From Utricularia gibba (lineage: Eukaryota; Plantae; Magnoliophyta), in NCBI GenBank assembly GCA_002189035.1, contig CM007989.1:5518001-5582000 (forward strand): a DNA stretch of 64,000 bases. Direction: 5' to 3'. The position numbers were made by a program, and so were the translations under genes. Below the pieces are notes generated by a model. It had not been told where the DNA came from. It searched no databases and saw only the letters and a program-made list of their open reading frames with translations. Every line of letters starts with the position of its first letter. Positions within the stretch are counted from its first letter, which is position 1. Positions 27,008 to 40,289 of this stretch are shown one piece after another.

Positions 27008-29560
27008 TCGCATTCTTGCCTCCCTTTAACTTATTGATCAATTATTCTCCGCCAGACATTTCAAGTGCGTGTCATTGACATCCTTTTGTAGAGTGAAAGA
27101 GAGTTAACGCTGAAGCCCAGCTCCAATAAAGTGCAGTTGAAAATTAGCTGCTTTTTTTTTTGCAGCTGTTTTTTCAGATCAGAACAAGGCTTTTGTTGGA
27201 GAGAGGTGTGTTTGGCGAAAACGCTCTGGCTTGTGTATTTTAAAGTCTATCATTAATCTTGAGCAATGTTCCATTCTTAAATATGTCGCTAATTTGTTTA
27301 TTTTTTTGTGCTTTGTCAAAGTTTGGATAACTCATGGATCTTTTTGTTCGGTTATTAAAGCGTGTTGTGGGAATGCTTGTATACCTCATTATATTCTTTT
27401 TACAATGTTGGGGTTGATCCTCGCCCAACAAGGAGATTCCTATGGAAAACTTGTTGGAAAAGAGACAATGAACCTACAAGGCGATAAGTCTCTAGGGCTC
27501 TGCAATGAGTAAGCCCGACAAAAAAAGCTAGGAATCCTAGCGAGTGTCCCCATGACCAGAGTCCAGCGAAACCCAACTAACATTCCTGCATGTATTATGA
27601 AGACGATCATTTACTTTTCTTTAAAATATAGAAACATATTATCGTTTACGAAGAATTTGATCAGGAACCAAAAAGAGAGAAGCTCATCAACGATCACATC
27701 TTTTGGTCAGGGATATAACACAAAAGCAAAGAGAGTATCCGTTTTTGGAGAAGGAGAGTAACCTCAATTTAGAGGTAAGCATTCTCTTTCGAGTTCTTCG
27801 AACTCCTCCCTTGTGAAAACTCTCTTCTTCACTTTATGTTTAATGAAATATTTTCTTGGTGTGTGAGCAACTTTAGTTTTTTTATTTTTTATGGGTTAAC
27901 ATGCTTGTTCGACTCTTCAGATAAAAGGATCCATCACAAAGGGAATCCTTTGTACAAACCACAAACCGTTGTGCAAAGAAAGACAAGTACATACATAGGG
28001 AGCGGAATGCTGAAAGAACTATTGCAGACCCTTGGAAGAAAACTTCAGACATGCAAGGAAACTTAGTCCATTTGCAGCACTAGCAATCAAGTGCAAAGAT
28101 TCCAACTTCAATCATTATTGATTATCATGGTCTAACAAAGCCCATTCCATAGAGAATTAGGTGAGATTTTTGAAGGGCATACTACTATTTTTTTCAAGTA
28201 TTGCAACATGGTAATAGTGTGAGGAGTTTCAAATGATGCGATCAAGTTGCATCTATCTCCATTTTCACTATGGAAAGCCACCAAGAGATGAGTAGATTTT
28301 CTATTATCCAATTCTATTTTCACTTGAAATAAGTTGGAAGATGCATTTTTAGACAAATATTTCGATTCTACGAAATCCTTTAACACCACGTTTGAGATTA
28401 CTTCTTTTGTGCAGGATTAGGTATGAGCATGCCTCCGATTTCCATGGTCTTCCCAATTCGAATCCTTCATTATTTCTTTCCCTCAATGTAAAGTTGCACT
28501 CAATCCATTGGTTTCTTTCATGATCGACCCTCCAATTTTCTTGTTCCAACCTTGGAGTAGAGTTCTCGCTTAGTCTAGGAAGTTGAGGATTGTGCCCTCT
28601 AATGTTGATGTTCGAAAGCTCTATTCTCTTGCTACCCTTACGCAGGCATAGACTATAGGGGTGTTTCATTAACTCATGGTCGCCTACACATTCCTAAACC
28701 ATCCTTCAACACTCGATTGGTTCTCCCTAAATCTGATAGTGCACATGTATTACCTCCTTCTAGGAGTTCCGCGCCTTCATTTTATATGTGCCATGGGGCT
28801 GATTGTTCTCAAATGTCTTTTTGGTCAAACTTAATGCTACACCTTTAGTATGAAGCTTCTTTTTGATGATGGATACAAGATCTGCCTATCATTGTTTTCC
28901 TCTCATAAGTAGCATTGGTTCGAGAATCCATACTTGCTGATTTATTGGCATATGTTCTTGTAGACTATTTGGTTCGGATGTCATTAGATAATCATTTTCC
29001 TGTTCATAATGTCTTCTAGACATATTTTGTTTTTGTTGTTGCTCGTGTGTTCGTCATCATTCTAACCTAGTTATTTGAAAATTCCTATCACTTTACATAT
29101 GTAATGGCTACATTTCAGTTGATGTTTTGAGCCTATAGATGCAATACACATGAAGGGTATTCATTTTTGTAAACACACTAAAACTCAAAAATAAAAATAA
29201 GAATAAGGATAAAAATAAAAGAAGAACTCAGAAAAGAAAATTCAAAAGAAAACACTTCTCTAGCAATAATGCTAAAAATTTGATGATAATTTTCAAATGT
29301 ACATAAACAATCAAGGCTCTAGGTAAAACTTAACCTGATTAGCTTACATAAGTTTTGAAAATATTATTCGAAAATAGTACTATTTGATAATTATTATAAA
29401 ACTTGTTTAGTGAGATTATTTTATTTACATTTAATTCTAACCCCTACAAGTCATATACTCCCAAAAATATTAGGTAAAATGTGCCTTGATAATAGTGTTT
29501 GATTGAGCACGTCTCATTAAATATTTGAGGGCAGTTTAAGATTTTCCCACATAACTTTTA

Positions 29561-30138
29561 GGCAGAGTTTGGTTTCTAGGTTTGAATTTAACTCAGGTAT
29601 GAATTATTTGGGTATATTTAAACCCATATCCATGGGTTTAAAATAGAAAAACATGTTTGATTACTAGGTTAATGTTATTTAGGTTTATTATTACCTATGT
29701 TTGGTATGTTGATTTATAACAAGTGTGTTTAGTGTATTATGTATAAAAATTACTTTATTACCCTTGTGTTTTTAGATATACGAATGTATTCTCTTCTACA
29801 AAAGAAACACTACGAAAGTTGCACTGTAGTGTCTAAACATATGCATTGATAAATTACTTTAAAAAGTAGAGACATCGATGAAAATTATTTTGAGAGAAGT
29901 ACATGATTGGAATTAAAAAACAAAAAACAGGGGTAAAATTGAAAAATGCCGAATAGATGGGTATATTTAAACCCACCTCCCCATTGATATGGGTTTTAAC
30001 ACATATAAAGTGGATTGTTGATGGGTTTACGTAAACTTATTGGGTATATTTATATCCAACGGAAATCTACATATCAAATATTTTTAAAATATTAAACCAA
30101 CTTACAAACCTACTCAAACCCATGAATCAAATGTGGCC
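29561..30138. mobile_element. PIF/Harbinger (Tourist-like) MITE
   Basis: TTA on both flanks (29558-60 and 30139-41); imperfect TIRs ggcagagtttggttt / gaatcaaatgtggcc; repeated gggtatatttaaaccc subterminal motif. Confidence 0.7.
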
Positions 30139-31016
30139 TTAAGGTTCATTGCTAATCAAGAGTAGTTTGACAAAGGACATAGTACATAAATACATATAAA
30201 GACTTACAGAAATTCAGTTTCACCATATATCATTTAGATAGAAAATACTCAAGCAGACATAATCAACTCTAGCACACGAAAAACATTAAAAATGAAAAGT
30301 AAACATAATTCAAAAGTCAAGACTTGACTTAGGAGCTCTAAAAACAACTCCATGACTTTGAAATTCTCCAAACTTTGGTGTTAAGATTCTTTTACAACGG
30401 AGAAGATTTAAATCCTGTATTTGGCTTTGGTGAAAGTCTAGATCACATCTTTTATTCAAATGTTCGTGTAGTTCTAGAATCTTGAATCCAATCCTTGTTC
30501 TCAACGCCATTTGGACCTCCTCTTGGACTCCAATTTGTCCAACTTCAGACCTATCCAATATCAAATCATGATATTTATTTAATTTAAGTGAAAATTATCT
30601 TAAAAAATCATAATATATACTTTTCTTCAAAAAAGATTAAATTGGTTCAAAATGCATATACGAAGAACTACATAAAAGGAGTGTAAGATGATCCAAAATA
30701 TCTACAAAAAAAGCATTAATTAAAGTGATCAGAATCACTTACAAGAAATGAAAATAAAGTTTTGGATCCAATAGTGAAATTCTACGTTGTCTAGGTGGTG
30801 TGAAATGGAAGTATCAAAGCATAGAAGAATTTAGAAGTGGTAAAAAAAAAACATAACTAATCTATGAATAAAATACTTTATGCAACAAATGATTTGTGAC
30901 TTCTCCTTCAATTTCTACATCTTAGTAATTTAGTTGTGATTTAAATGAATTTCAAATGAATTAAAGTTTTATTCTTGACTTGTAATGTCAAAAAGATTGT
31001 ATCCACTTGTGGGATT

Positions 31017-32118
31017 TGATGGTAATTCTGCAAGTGCACAGAAACCGTCGAAATAATAAAATAAGATCGTATCCATAGGAAATTGTTATTTGAATTTTCT
31101 TTTCAAACAAAGACTAAAAAAAGGACGAAAATAAAAGAAAGATTTTGTTTTAAAAACAATAAGAAAATTGGCTTTGGATCCAGGACTCACCTTACTTGAA
31201 ACTTGCCTTTGCGTGTGTGCAAATCTTGAAGACTGACCTGCTTGCACAAGCTCTGGGGGTGTTATTCTAAAATAGTGCTACTCGGTGACCGTTATAGCAC
31301 CGTCCTTTGTTTTGTGGGATTATGAATCAACCACGCCACCAAAGCCATTTCACCTCTTTTGATAACCCATGTTTTCCCCACATCCAAATCTAACCCCTAC
31401 ACCTCACACCTCGCAGACAGATTAGACAGAATGTACCTTACCAACGATGTCCGATTGAGCCCTTCTCCTTAGGTGCTTGAGGCCAACCTTTGATTCTCTC
31501 ACACTCTCTTCGGGTTATGTGATACTAAAGAGCACGTTGATAAAGAAAACGTTGCGAAAAACAGAATCAAACCTCAATTTAAATGTCAAAAAACATAGTA
31601 AAATAGTCACACGCGTAGGACTTGCGCAAGCAAGGCTTCATCGCAGGCCCTCAGCCGCAAGCGTTCGACTCTAACATGAAAATATACATGAAAATAGGAA
31701 AGATACAAAGAAAAAGTGGTCAAAGACGTTTCTTCAATCCAAGTTTTCGTATTGAGCTTATTTGATGGGTTTGGATAAGATCTTCTATCTAAATCTTTTA
31801 TTCAAATCTTCGAAGATTATCTTCATATCTCTATCTTATCCATGAATCTTGGACTAAATCTTCATCGGTTGACCGAGTCTTGGGTTGAGATTCATGGTCC
31901 ATCAAGTCCATAATTTGGTGGGCCTTGATTTCTCTTCAAATTGATCCAAAAGTACCCTAAAAATCCACAAAGTACACTTTCTCTCCAAAAAGATCAAAGT
32001 AGTGTGAAAGATGCAAAATCAATTGAGAATAATGAGAAAGTGGAGTTTAAGATAAGTAAAAACAACAATCAAGAGTAGTGGAAAAACATGTTTTGGAACG
32101 ACACAAAATCACTTATCA
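31017..32118 (-). mobile_element. Ty3/gypsy solo LTR with perfect TSD
   Basis: TGAT...ATCA termini; GGATT at 31012-16 and 32119-23; the ctgcaagtgcacag...gatcgtatcc block is typical of reverse-complemented gypsy LTR ends. Confidence 0.88.
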
Positions 32119-33585
32119 GGATTCGAAATAAATGATGACAAATATCTATTTTGGAGTTGGTCAATAGGAGTCATGTTAGAATGTGTTCTGCATGCCTTTT
32201 TTGAGTTACTTTTACTTTTACAAGCATGAGAATGCAATTGTATCAAAATACATTGTTCTTCTACTTTTTCCTTCTTTTAAAATTTCTCTTTATCTTTCTC
32301 CATTTATTCTCTTTACGTTGGAATGAGATCCAAACCAACTTTTACATTCTCATTTTAACTTCTTATTAAATATAAGAGATAAAATTACCTTTATATCCAT
32401 AATTTTTATTCATTAAAAAAATAAAAACCTTAACGAGATAAATTCATATCTCGATTCCCAAATCATATCCTTAGTGCTCCTTCAATTTTGGGTCTTCTGA
32501 GATTGATGCTATTTTTTGTTATTTTCTTACTTTACTTTACTCAAAAGGAAGATCGTGTTTAGAGTAAGTTGTTTCGAATTTTCAAACTTTACTTTATTGA
32601 AAATTTCATATTTAATGAAATTTAAGATAAGAAGTATTGAAACTTTGAATTTATAAATATAATTTAGAACTGCATCATATGGAAAAAAAATTTAATTATA
32701 AACAACAATCATGTGTCATATTATAATTATTTGGATGCAACTATAAACCCTAAACCAAAAAATCGCTTTGGTAAAACATATTTTATTATTAGGTCAAAAA
32801 TGTCATTTACATTGTAATTAAATTTGCATCCTCTTTCCCAAACATAACATGTTATATATGTATTTTACTTCTTAAAATAAGAAAGATAATGTATTTTTAT
32901 AACTTCTCATTCTAAAATGATGAAAATGAAAAATGAGAAGGAGATTAGAACACCCTATTAGTGTTACTCTGTTCGCTCTGGACAAGATGTAGCGTAGCTT
33001 ATCTTGTTAGGATTGCAACCTGCATATCTTGTTCTCAATTTCGGAACCAAACGAGTACAACTCAGGCGATGCGGATGGAAAACACCAGACCAATCATGGG
33101 TCATCAATGGCAACGAAACACAACAAAAATCCAAAGTAAATCAATTGCCCGCTAATTGACATCTTTTTTCTGGCAAATCATGTTGTTGTCCATCCTAGCA
33201 CCTCATTTAGAAATGTGCCTTGATAAGCATCTTCAACTGTTTGCCACTTTGTTGGGATTTGTAGTTATGATGAAGGAAAGAAAACAATATAATTAGAAAC
33301 GCGGGATGGGATGCAGTGATTTCGCCCCTTCAAATTATCAAGGAAGCTTCCACATCTATTTTCAAAAGTGGAATGCGGAATTCTTTGTTATTGTGGTCGA
33401 CCAAGATGGGGATGGGAATGGGAATTGGAATTGGAGGGTAAACCAAGAAAATAATATTAAGAAGTATTAGGAAGGAAAATTATCCCCTGAACCCATCCCG
33501 GTCAGCACAGCAGCTCCCATGGAACTTCCTTGGAATCATCATCATGCATGGAACGGAACGGAACGGAGGAAGAGGTTGGATGAGG

Positions 33586-33625
33586 CAGGGCAGGGCAGGG
33601 CAGGGCAGGGCAGGGCAGGGCAGGG
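33586..33625. repeat. (CAGGG)8 pentanucleotide repeat within an SSR cluster
   Basis: Eight perfect units counted; (GGAAC)n, (GATTCA)n and (CA)n runs lie nearby (33550-33877). Confidence 0.95.
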
Positions 33626-33993
33626 CAGAGATGTGTGTCAGAACAAGTCATTTATGTTATCAGTCAAATCAACTCAACAATGTAGGTGTAGGTATTATGC
33701 CGCCTTCTCCCTGCTTTATGGGAAGGATTCAGGATTCAGACAGCGACACCAGATTCAGATTCAGATTCAGATTGAGAGTAAGTATCATTCAACCCCATTA
33801 CTCCCACAACACGGACGGACTGTGGCATGCCCAACAGCCACAGAAGCTGCAAGGAAAGCAATCTCACACACACACACAGAGGAGATCAAGTGACAGCATT
33901 AGCAAAACAAGGGGACCAAAATCACATCTTGGTAAGGCAACAGCAGCAGATGGATCATCTTCCAAAATCCCCTTTCACTGGAAAACGTCCCTA

Positions 33994-34875
33994 TTACGCA
34001 GAACCCTCTTCTTTTGATGACGGATGGTTGTCTTCCTGATGCATCTTCCTGCTCTGGTTGTTCATCTCCTGGTAAATATGGCTCAAGTTTTGAACACCCA
34101 TAACTCCAATATTTCCTCCTCTGCCATCTTGAGATAGTCCAAGCTCCAACCCAGGTAACTGCTGATTTGTGGCTCCCAAGATCGAAGTGAAGCTGAGACT
34201 ACTCATGTTGTTTGCTGCGTCAAACCCGGGCATCGGAAACCCCATTTTCTGCAAGTAGCTCGAAGCTTCAGAAGAAGCAGAAGCACCACCACTCTGAAAC
34301 CCAAATCCACAAACAGCAGCATGTGGGGGCCATAGGGGCGCAGTACCAGGTTGTGGTCTACCCATACCCAAATTCCCAGTAGGCCATGGGGTCCTACAGC
34401 TACTCCCGCAGACGTCGATAGCCCCTAAATTCTGATGAAGCCCAGATGAAACTGACGAGTTATTACATGAAATACGACCCCCTGTAACCGCCAACGCTGA
34501 AGCCGGAATAGTTCCCGTTCCGGTAACTGCAATTATCGATGGCTCCGCTTGCTGTAGAAGCCACTGAATTGTTTCTCCATCGGATTTGTGACCCAATTCT
34601 CTTGTAAGCTGAAAAATCCTTGCTGCGCATAAAGCGGGCATCCGTATTCGTCTCCCTCTGCCATCCACTTTTGTGTGTCTGTCTTTGTTCGAGCTTCTTT
34701 TGGGTCCTGGAACCTTCTTTGATTCTCCCTTTTCTCCATCATCCTTGTTTATCCCCACCTTCGCCGCGATTTTTGTATTACTGTTGCTACCCTTCACTGG
34801 ACCTTCACGAGGAGTTAAAGACGGTGTTGGGAGGGACAAGAAGCTCGGCATCTCCTGAGATTTCAGGGGATCCAT
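33994..34875 (-). CDS. TCP20: Class I TCP transcription factor, TCP20-like (293 aa from MDPLK)
   Basis: [60 protein letters not shown] closely matches Arabidopsis TCP20; C-terminal [12 protein letters not shown]; single exon. An in-frame upstream ATG exists at 35082. Confidence 0.92.
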   Translation of the reverse strand: MDPLKSQEMPSFLSLPTPSLTPREGPVKGSNSNTKIAAKVGINKDDGEKGESKKVPGPKRSSNKDRHTKVDGRGRRIRMPALCAARIFQLTRELGHKSDGETIQWLLQQAEPSIIAVTGTGTIPASALAVTGGRISCNNSSVSSGLHQNLGAIDVCGSSCRTPWPTGNLGMGRPQPGTAPLWPPHAAVCGFGFQSGGASASSEASSYLQKMGFPMPGFDAANNMSSLSFTSILGATNQQLPGLELGLSQDGRGGNIGVMGVQNLSHIYQEMNNQSRKMHQEDNHPSSKEEGSA

Positions 34876-35497
34876 CCAAAAAATGAACCGAGTACCTTTT
34901 TTTTTTGATTCCAAGCTGCAAGGAATCGAAGTAGACAACCAGTGGTTTGATCCAATACGAAGGTGAAATGCCTCGAACAAAAAAGGGGAAAAGGTGAAGA
35001 AAAAAAAGGTATATTGGCAATGGGAAGGGCTCTGTTTAGTGACTGCTGTGAATATGATCGATTTTTCCCGACTCCTTTTCATCGTCTTCGTTTTAAAAGA
35101 AGGGTGAAAAACGCAAATGTTGGAAACTAGAAACTCGCAGCCAAAAAGGGATCGTTGTCAAGAAAAGATGGGAGCTTTGACTTGTTCTTGTTGAGATGAT
35201 TCCTGTAGAGAAAAGGGGTTTGAATAAAGCATGAATACAAAGCCAGGAAAACTGTTCTGTGGAGAAAACAGTGATGATGATTGATAATTGGTAATGATAC
35301 CTTCTGGTATTATTGCATCAAACATGAATGAGTGTCAGCAAAGAAAGCACCATTAGTGGAAAGATACTAGTGCAAGGACACGTCTAGACAAAGTGGGTTG
35401 GTTCAACCTTCAAATAAACTCAGTCATTTTAATCACAACCATTAAGTATGTCTTGAGGGTTTCAGGACTCGAGGAGACAGACTTGTGGTTTTTGGAG

Positions 35498-35521
35498 TAT
35501 ATATATATATATATATATATA
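35498..35521. repeat. (TA)n microsatellite
   Basis: Perfect TA run upstream of the TCP gene. Confidence 0.9.
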
Positions 35522-35592
35522 GATACACACATCAGTAAACCCCGATAACGTTCAGAAGTTAAACGGCCAGAGACTCACAGCTGCATCAGGCT

Positions 35593-36780
35593 TCACCACA
35601 CTTGATCCTCTGGATATTGTGTGTTAGTTTCAGCTGCCGGTAGCTGGGTAAAAGACATGCAGATGGGTTGATTTATCCTGAAGATGGAAGTTATCTCTGA
35701 AGGTATCGTCCAAATGCCGTCACCGCATATGAAACCAGAAGTATGCTCCGATGTAGAGTGAGGATGCCATTTCCATCGGAAGAGGAATGAAGAGAGAAAC
35801 TCGTTTTGGGGTGAAGTCCCTCGCAAGGTTTATAACAAGTGCAGCCACGAAGAGGATACTGCTTGTGGCCAGACAAACGCTTGGGAAGTTCTGAGAAGCC
35901 AGTAACTCCCAATATGGCCATTTTTCTGTAGATCACAGCAGGTGCCTTGTAGGGACTATCAGGGAATGGCGCAATGATACAGCCCGTAGCTGTTCCAACT
36001 AACAGGCTCACAAAAATGGACTTGGCAGATCAGACACCATGACACCAGAAGCTGCTAATCCTGCTAAAACCCCACCATTGTTCCCCACAAAGAGTGAGGT
36101 GATAGCAAATAAACCTATTTTTCTGTGCGTTGAAGCAGGCTCCATTCTGTCAGCCCAGAACCGTAGGCAAGGGCTGGAGTAATTATGTAGGAGCAGAGTA
36201 CCAAATAAAACTTCAGAGGTGGAAATATCATTGGCACTGGAGCAGTGGCAAAATGGATTCCATCTTTGAGGAAAACAGCAGTGGAAAAATGGACAGCTTG
36301 GAAGTGACTACATCTACTGAAATATCACCATGGAAAGAGGATAATACATGAAGATCAGCAACCATGAGAAATGTGAGATAAGAGCTGATCCATCTGAAAA
36401 AACAAAAAAAATAAAAAAAATTGTCTACCTGCAAGTTGTTGAGATAACAGCAATAAGCTTGTTCAAATTGTAAAGTCCATCACCACGAATGAGAGAAATG
36501 ACTATGAAGACCTGTGTAACCATCAAATCTTGTACGAATAGCCATGGATTGCAGCCATAACACGGTATACAAAGAAGAGGCTACAAATAGCAATCTCGCC
36601 GTATATCCATAGAGGTCTTTGAAGTGAGCGGCACCCAAAATCAACTGGATACCAATTACCAGGTCTCTATGATAATAAATCCCATGATATTATGGCTTCC
36701 CAATGAGCTGAGACAATTAACTATGCGAGGGCAGATAATCCCACATCCAACACAAGTTGGACTGAAGTGGAAATAAAAGC
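35593..36780 (-). pseudogene. YSL6: YSL6-like (Yellow Stripe-Like, OPT family) metal-nicotianamine transporter pseudogene, 3' half only
   Basis: Minus-strand pieces: [139 protein letters not shown]...IFRINQPICM. Frameshifts, stops and deletions throughout; intron remnants are retained. Confidence 0.88.
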
Positions 36781-36875
36781 TGCACAACATACATAAGGTT
36801 GTATTTGGTTTTCAGATAGAAAAAACTAATTTGAATAATATTGGTCAATAATTATATTATATTAATAATATTATA

Positions 36876-37416
36876 TGTTATCATTAGTGATGCCTTCTGA
36901 TGGAGTACAATTCAGGTGAGGATGATCGGCTTCCGAAGGAGTGCCGAAAGGAATCTTGATAGGACAACTCTTGACGACAGACTGATATATGTCAGAGATC
37001 TGACAGCGGCGGTATGATGCAATTTGAAAAATAGTCGAGCAGGCGGCGATCACCTATAAAGCAGAATCAAAGTACAAACACAGAAAGGTAGTTGACACTT
37101 GAAGAACTCATGATCTGTTCAGATCGACCCCCTCTATAAACAAAAGAAATCATAACGGGGCAGTGGTTGGACCCTAAGCCCCCAGCCTGTACCTTTCTTC
37201 ACCACTCCCATCTAGTAAAGGTTTTCTCCAGCGAGCTCTGACAGCTCTGTGGTTTTTCCACCTTCTGGCGATTTCTACGTAAAAATCTTCACCTGCCCTC
37301 ATATCTGTTGATCAAATCGAGTAAATTGAAAAACACACAATTAGGTGCGATATTTCCGATTGCACCTACCACCCAAAAATCAGCCCCACCTCGGACACCG
37401 ATTTTCACCCACAACA
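36876..37416 (+). mobile_element. Tat-family solo LTR inserted into the left MULE TIR
   Basis: TGTT...CAACA; shares tctataaa, tagtaaag...gcgagctc, ttctacgtaaaaatc and gattttc..cacaaca with 7961-8577. No perfect TSD. Confidence 0.7.
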
Positions 37417-38199
37417 CCTTCCATTTGGGAAATGACTCACATCATCTTAGTTTGAAAATGGCACTTCAGGAATATGTGTAGTAGGACACCATCAATGATG
37501 GTGGTTCGAGAAGCGGTGAGTAGGGCACCATCAATGATACCAGCTTGCTGTAAGGTATCATCAATGATGACACCTTGCAGCAGAATGCCATTTATGGTGG
37601 TGCCTCCTTGCATGTACCGATAATCTCTATCCTATATGTATGCTCTATGTGTGTAAATTTTGACATAAAATTTTTTTGATTACAAGTTAAGCTTTTTAAG
37701 TTTCTAAATATTTTTTTCTATATTTGTAAGTTTTGATATTCAATTTTTTTGATTGAAGAGGGATACTTGACTAAAGTAGAGTTGGATTTGGAGAAAAAAA
37801 TTGGCAATATCCTTTTTTTTTCTTTGTAATTTTTTTTATTTAAATTTTTTATACTATTTTTAAAATTCTTAATTATAAGGTATCATAAATAATAATGTGT
37901 GAAAAATAAACATTATTACTAAATCACTACTCATTAGGTTAATTCTTCAACTTTTTTTAATGTTTGATTAATTATTTTGTTTATTAATTTGTCATATTTT
38001 TTCATATTGCATACATGATACTCATAAATTTATTTTTAGCTTTTCTATGGATTGACATAAGATTTTTTTTATTAATAATATGTTTTTCATTATTTTTTTG
38101 TATTGATTAATATATTATATTTATTAATTTGTTATATTGTTTCTTTTTAAATATGTAATATTTATTAATTTATTTATAGTTTTTTTGTAGAATGACATG

Positions 38200-39460
38200 T
38201 CATTATGTCTAAAAGTTCATGGTCTTGAAGATCCAAGCCTGTTGGATATGCAACAACACTACATTACTTATAGTATGTTACAAGGATCAAGCCGTAAAAC
38301 AATGCAATTCAAACATAGCTATAAATTCTTGACAGGCAGATCATGAGAGAAGATGACTGCAAGATATCTTGATGATTGGGATTTTTATGGGGTTCTAAAG
38401 ACATTAGGAATAAAATCAGACCCGAATATACTCACAACTCTAGTAGAGAGATGACGTCCAAAGACACACACCTTCTTCTTACTATGTGGAGAGGCCACCA
38501 TCACCCTCCAAGATTTTTCTATGCTGTGGGGTCTTTGTATTGATGGTACACCGATGGTTCGCTCACACAAAACGTACAACACAACAATGGTATGAGCTAT
38601 GTGTTAAATAGTTTGGATGGGAGCCCCAGGAGACTTTCATTGTTAATAATTCATAGTTCATTATGACTGGCTTCTAGACATATATCAATAATACATATGT
38701 GGCTATCACAACGAAGACTCCCGAGGAGGAAGTTGTACAGTTTGCTCGTGCTGTGATATTGTTAGTGTGTTGTGGAGTTTTTTTCCAAGATGCCATTGAT
38801 AACCGTGGTAGGTTGAGTGTCCTTGATTGGATGGCAGATCAAGATCGTTGGATGGCCACTAATTGGGGGACATTTGTTTTCGCGAATTTGTATCGCGAGC
38901 TTAATTTCTATGCGCTTAGGTGCGTTACAATGGGTGGTGCTCATCGTCTTTTTAGGTTCCTTTTCTTGCTTCCTCTATTAATATTATATATATTAAAATT
39001 TATCATATTCAAATTTTTTTTATGCACCTTTTGCCATATACTCAGATATCATCTCTATGTCCTGCACTGAAGTGTCATTTCCCACACGATATATGATAGA
39101 AGAGTGAGGGGTTTAAATCATCCGTGTATGGTTGGAGGTTCAAAGGTTGGCTTGACCACTCAATTGTGGTCTCCCACAAGTTAGAGCCAATCTGCCTCAC
39201 ACTTGATTTGGTTTGCAGGATAACGAGATACATTATTATCATATAAATATATTTTTCTTTGAACTGCACATATTTTCATCATACATATTTCATACGAGGA
39301 TATACATTTAATGTGTGTTCCGGTATGTGATCATATGCTTTGATAGTATGCCTATCCGATGATATATAGATTTCGAGTGGAGCCCCATTGCCCTGATCAA
39401 GTTTCTTGCCAGTTTGGATGTGGTCATATTATTCCATCTCCTTTAGATCAATATCCTGTA
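38200..39460 (+). pseudogene. Plant mobile domain (PMD, aminotransferase-like / MAIN-like) pseudogene
   Basis: GLEDPSLL; ILTTLVER*RPKTHTFFLLCGEATITLQDFSMLWGLCIDG (consensus [27 protein letters not shown]); NWGTFVFANLYREL; PHCPDQVSCQFG. Confidence 0.85.
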
Positions 39461-40289
39461 GAACATAATTCACCAAAGACTCTACCATACAAATTGGATG
39501 TTGGAGCATGCTGCATGCACGTATAGCTTTGTAGGCATCTAGGCACACTCACATTCTCCGATTGTATGAAATACCCATAGTGTCTGAGGCGGCATACATG
39601 GTATAGTATAGACTACACGTTCAAATGGAGCCAGTCGCTTGTGATGCAGCTCTTTATGATGATCTTGCACATGTTCACATGGACCAAACATATGGGGATT
39701 TCAATCTAGATATGTTTCAGTAGTATGTGGCACCAATGAGCAGACCATCAACATGCGAGGCTCCTTCTTCCTACGTGCGTCCACCTATCTTGGCAACCAC
39801 TCCGTCATATCCTTGGCTGCTTCCTTACCCGGAATTCATGATGCCTCATGCCGGATTGAGGTAGTCTAGTGCTGGGAGGGGACATGCACATTGAAGATTC
39901 TCATTTCCACCACACTGTCCTCATGATGCGACCCGCCCATCATCATCACGACGATGTAGGCATGTGTAGATGTGTTTTGTCGTAATAATCTGTTATGTCA
40001 ATCATTATGGAATAAGCTACTTTTATGAAAACAATCATATAGAAAATATAAAAAATAAACAACTTCTACTAGCAATTAATCAAAGTTTTTCAAACAAGAA
40101 AATATCGAATTTATCAAACTATTTTGTTGGTGATGGATTCACTCCTCAATCCATCTCGTTGTGTATTCTTGTGCAACGCTGTCTGCCAACGATAGTCCGA
40201 CAGTGTGTAGGATCATGGTATAGGGTCCACGCCGAGTAGGGGACATAGGTATCATAATCAAGAAGTTTGAAAACCTCTTCACTGTATGA

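Noticed and set aside
27440-29000. Possible LTR remnant and LINE endonuclease-like fragment (NINIRG at ~28600)
   Set aside because: Similarity is limited to a few residues and no GDFN or RT motif is visible; it needs a translated search.
33519-34039. ORFs containing GQGRA / RFRF repeats
   Set aside because: They are translations of the microsatellite cluster.
34876-35082. 69-aa in-frame N-terminal extension of the TCP ORF
   Set aside because: It is T-rich and UTR-like (poly-F, poly-K), and TCP20 homologues begin at MDP. It is kept out of the CDS call, though upstream initiation is not excluded.
39075-39269. Minus-strand ORF ending QPYTDD that looked PMD-like
   Set aside because: The plus strand (GWRFKGW...LTLDL) continues the plus-strand PMD gene, so this is its antisense shadow.
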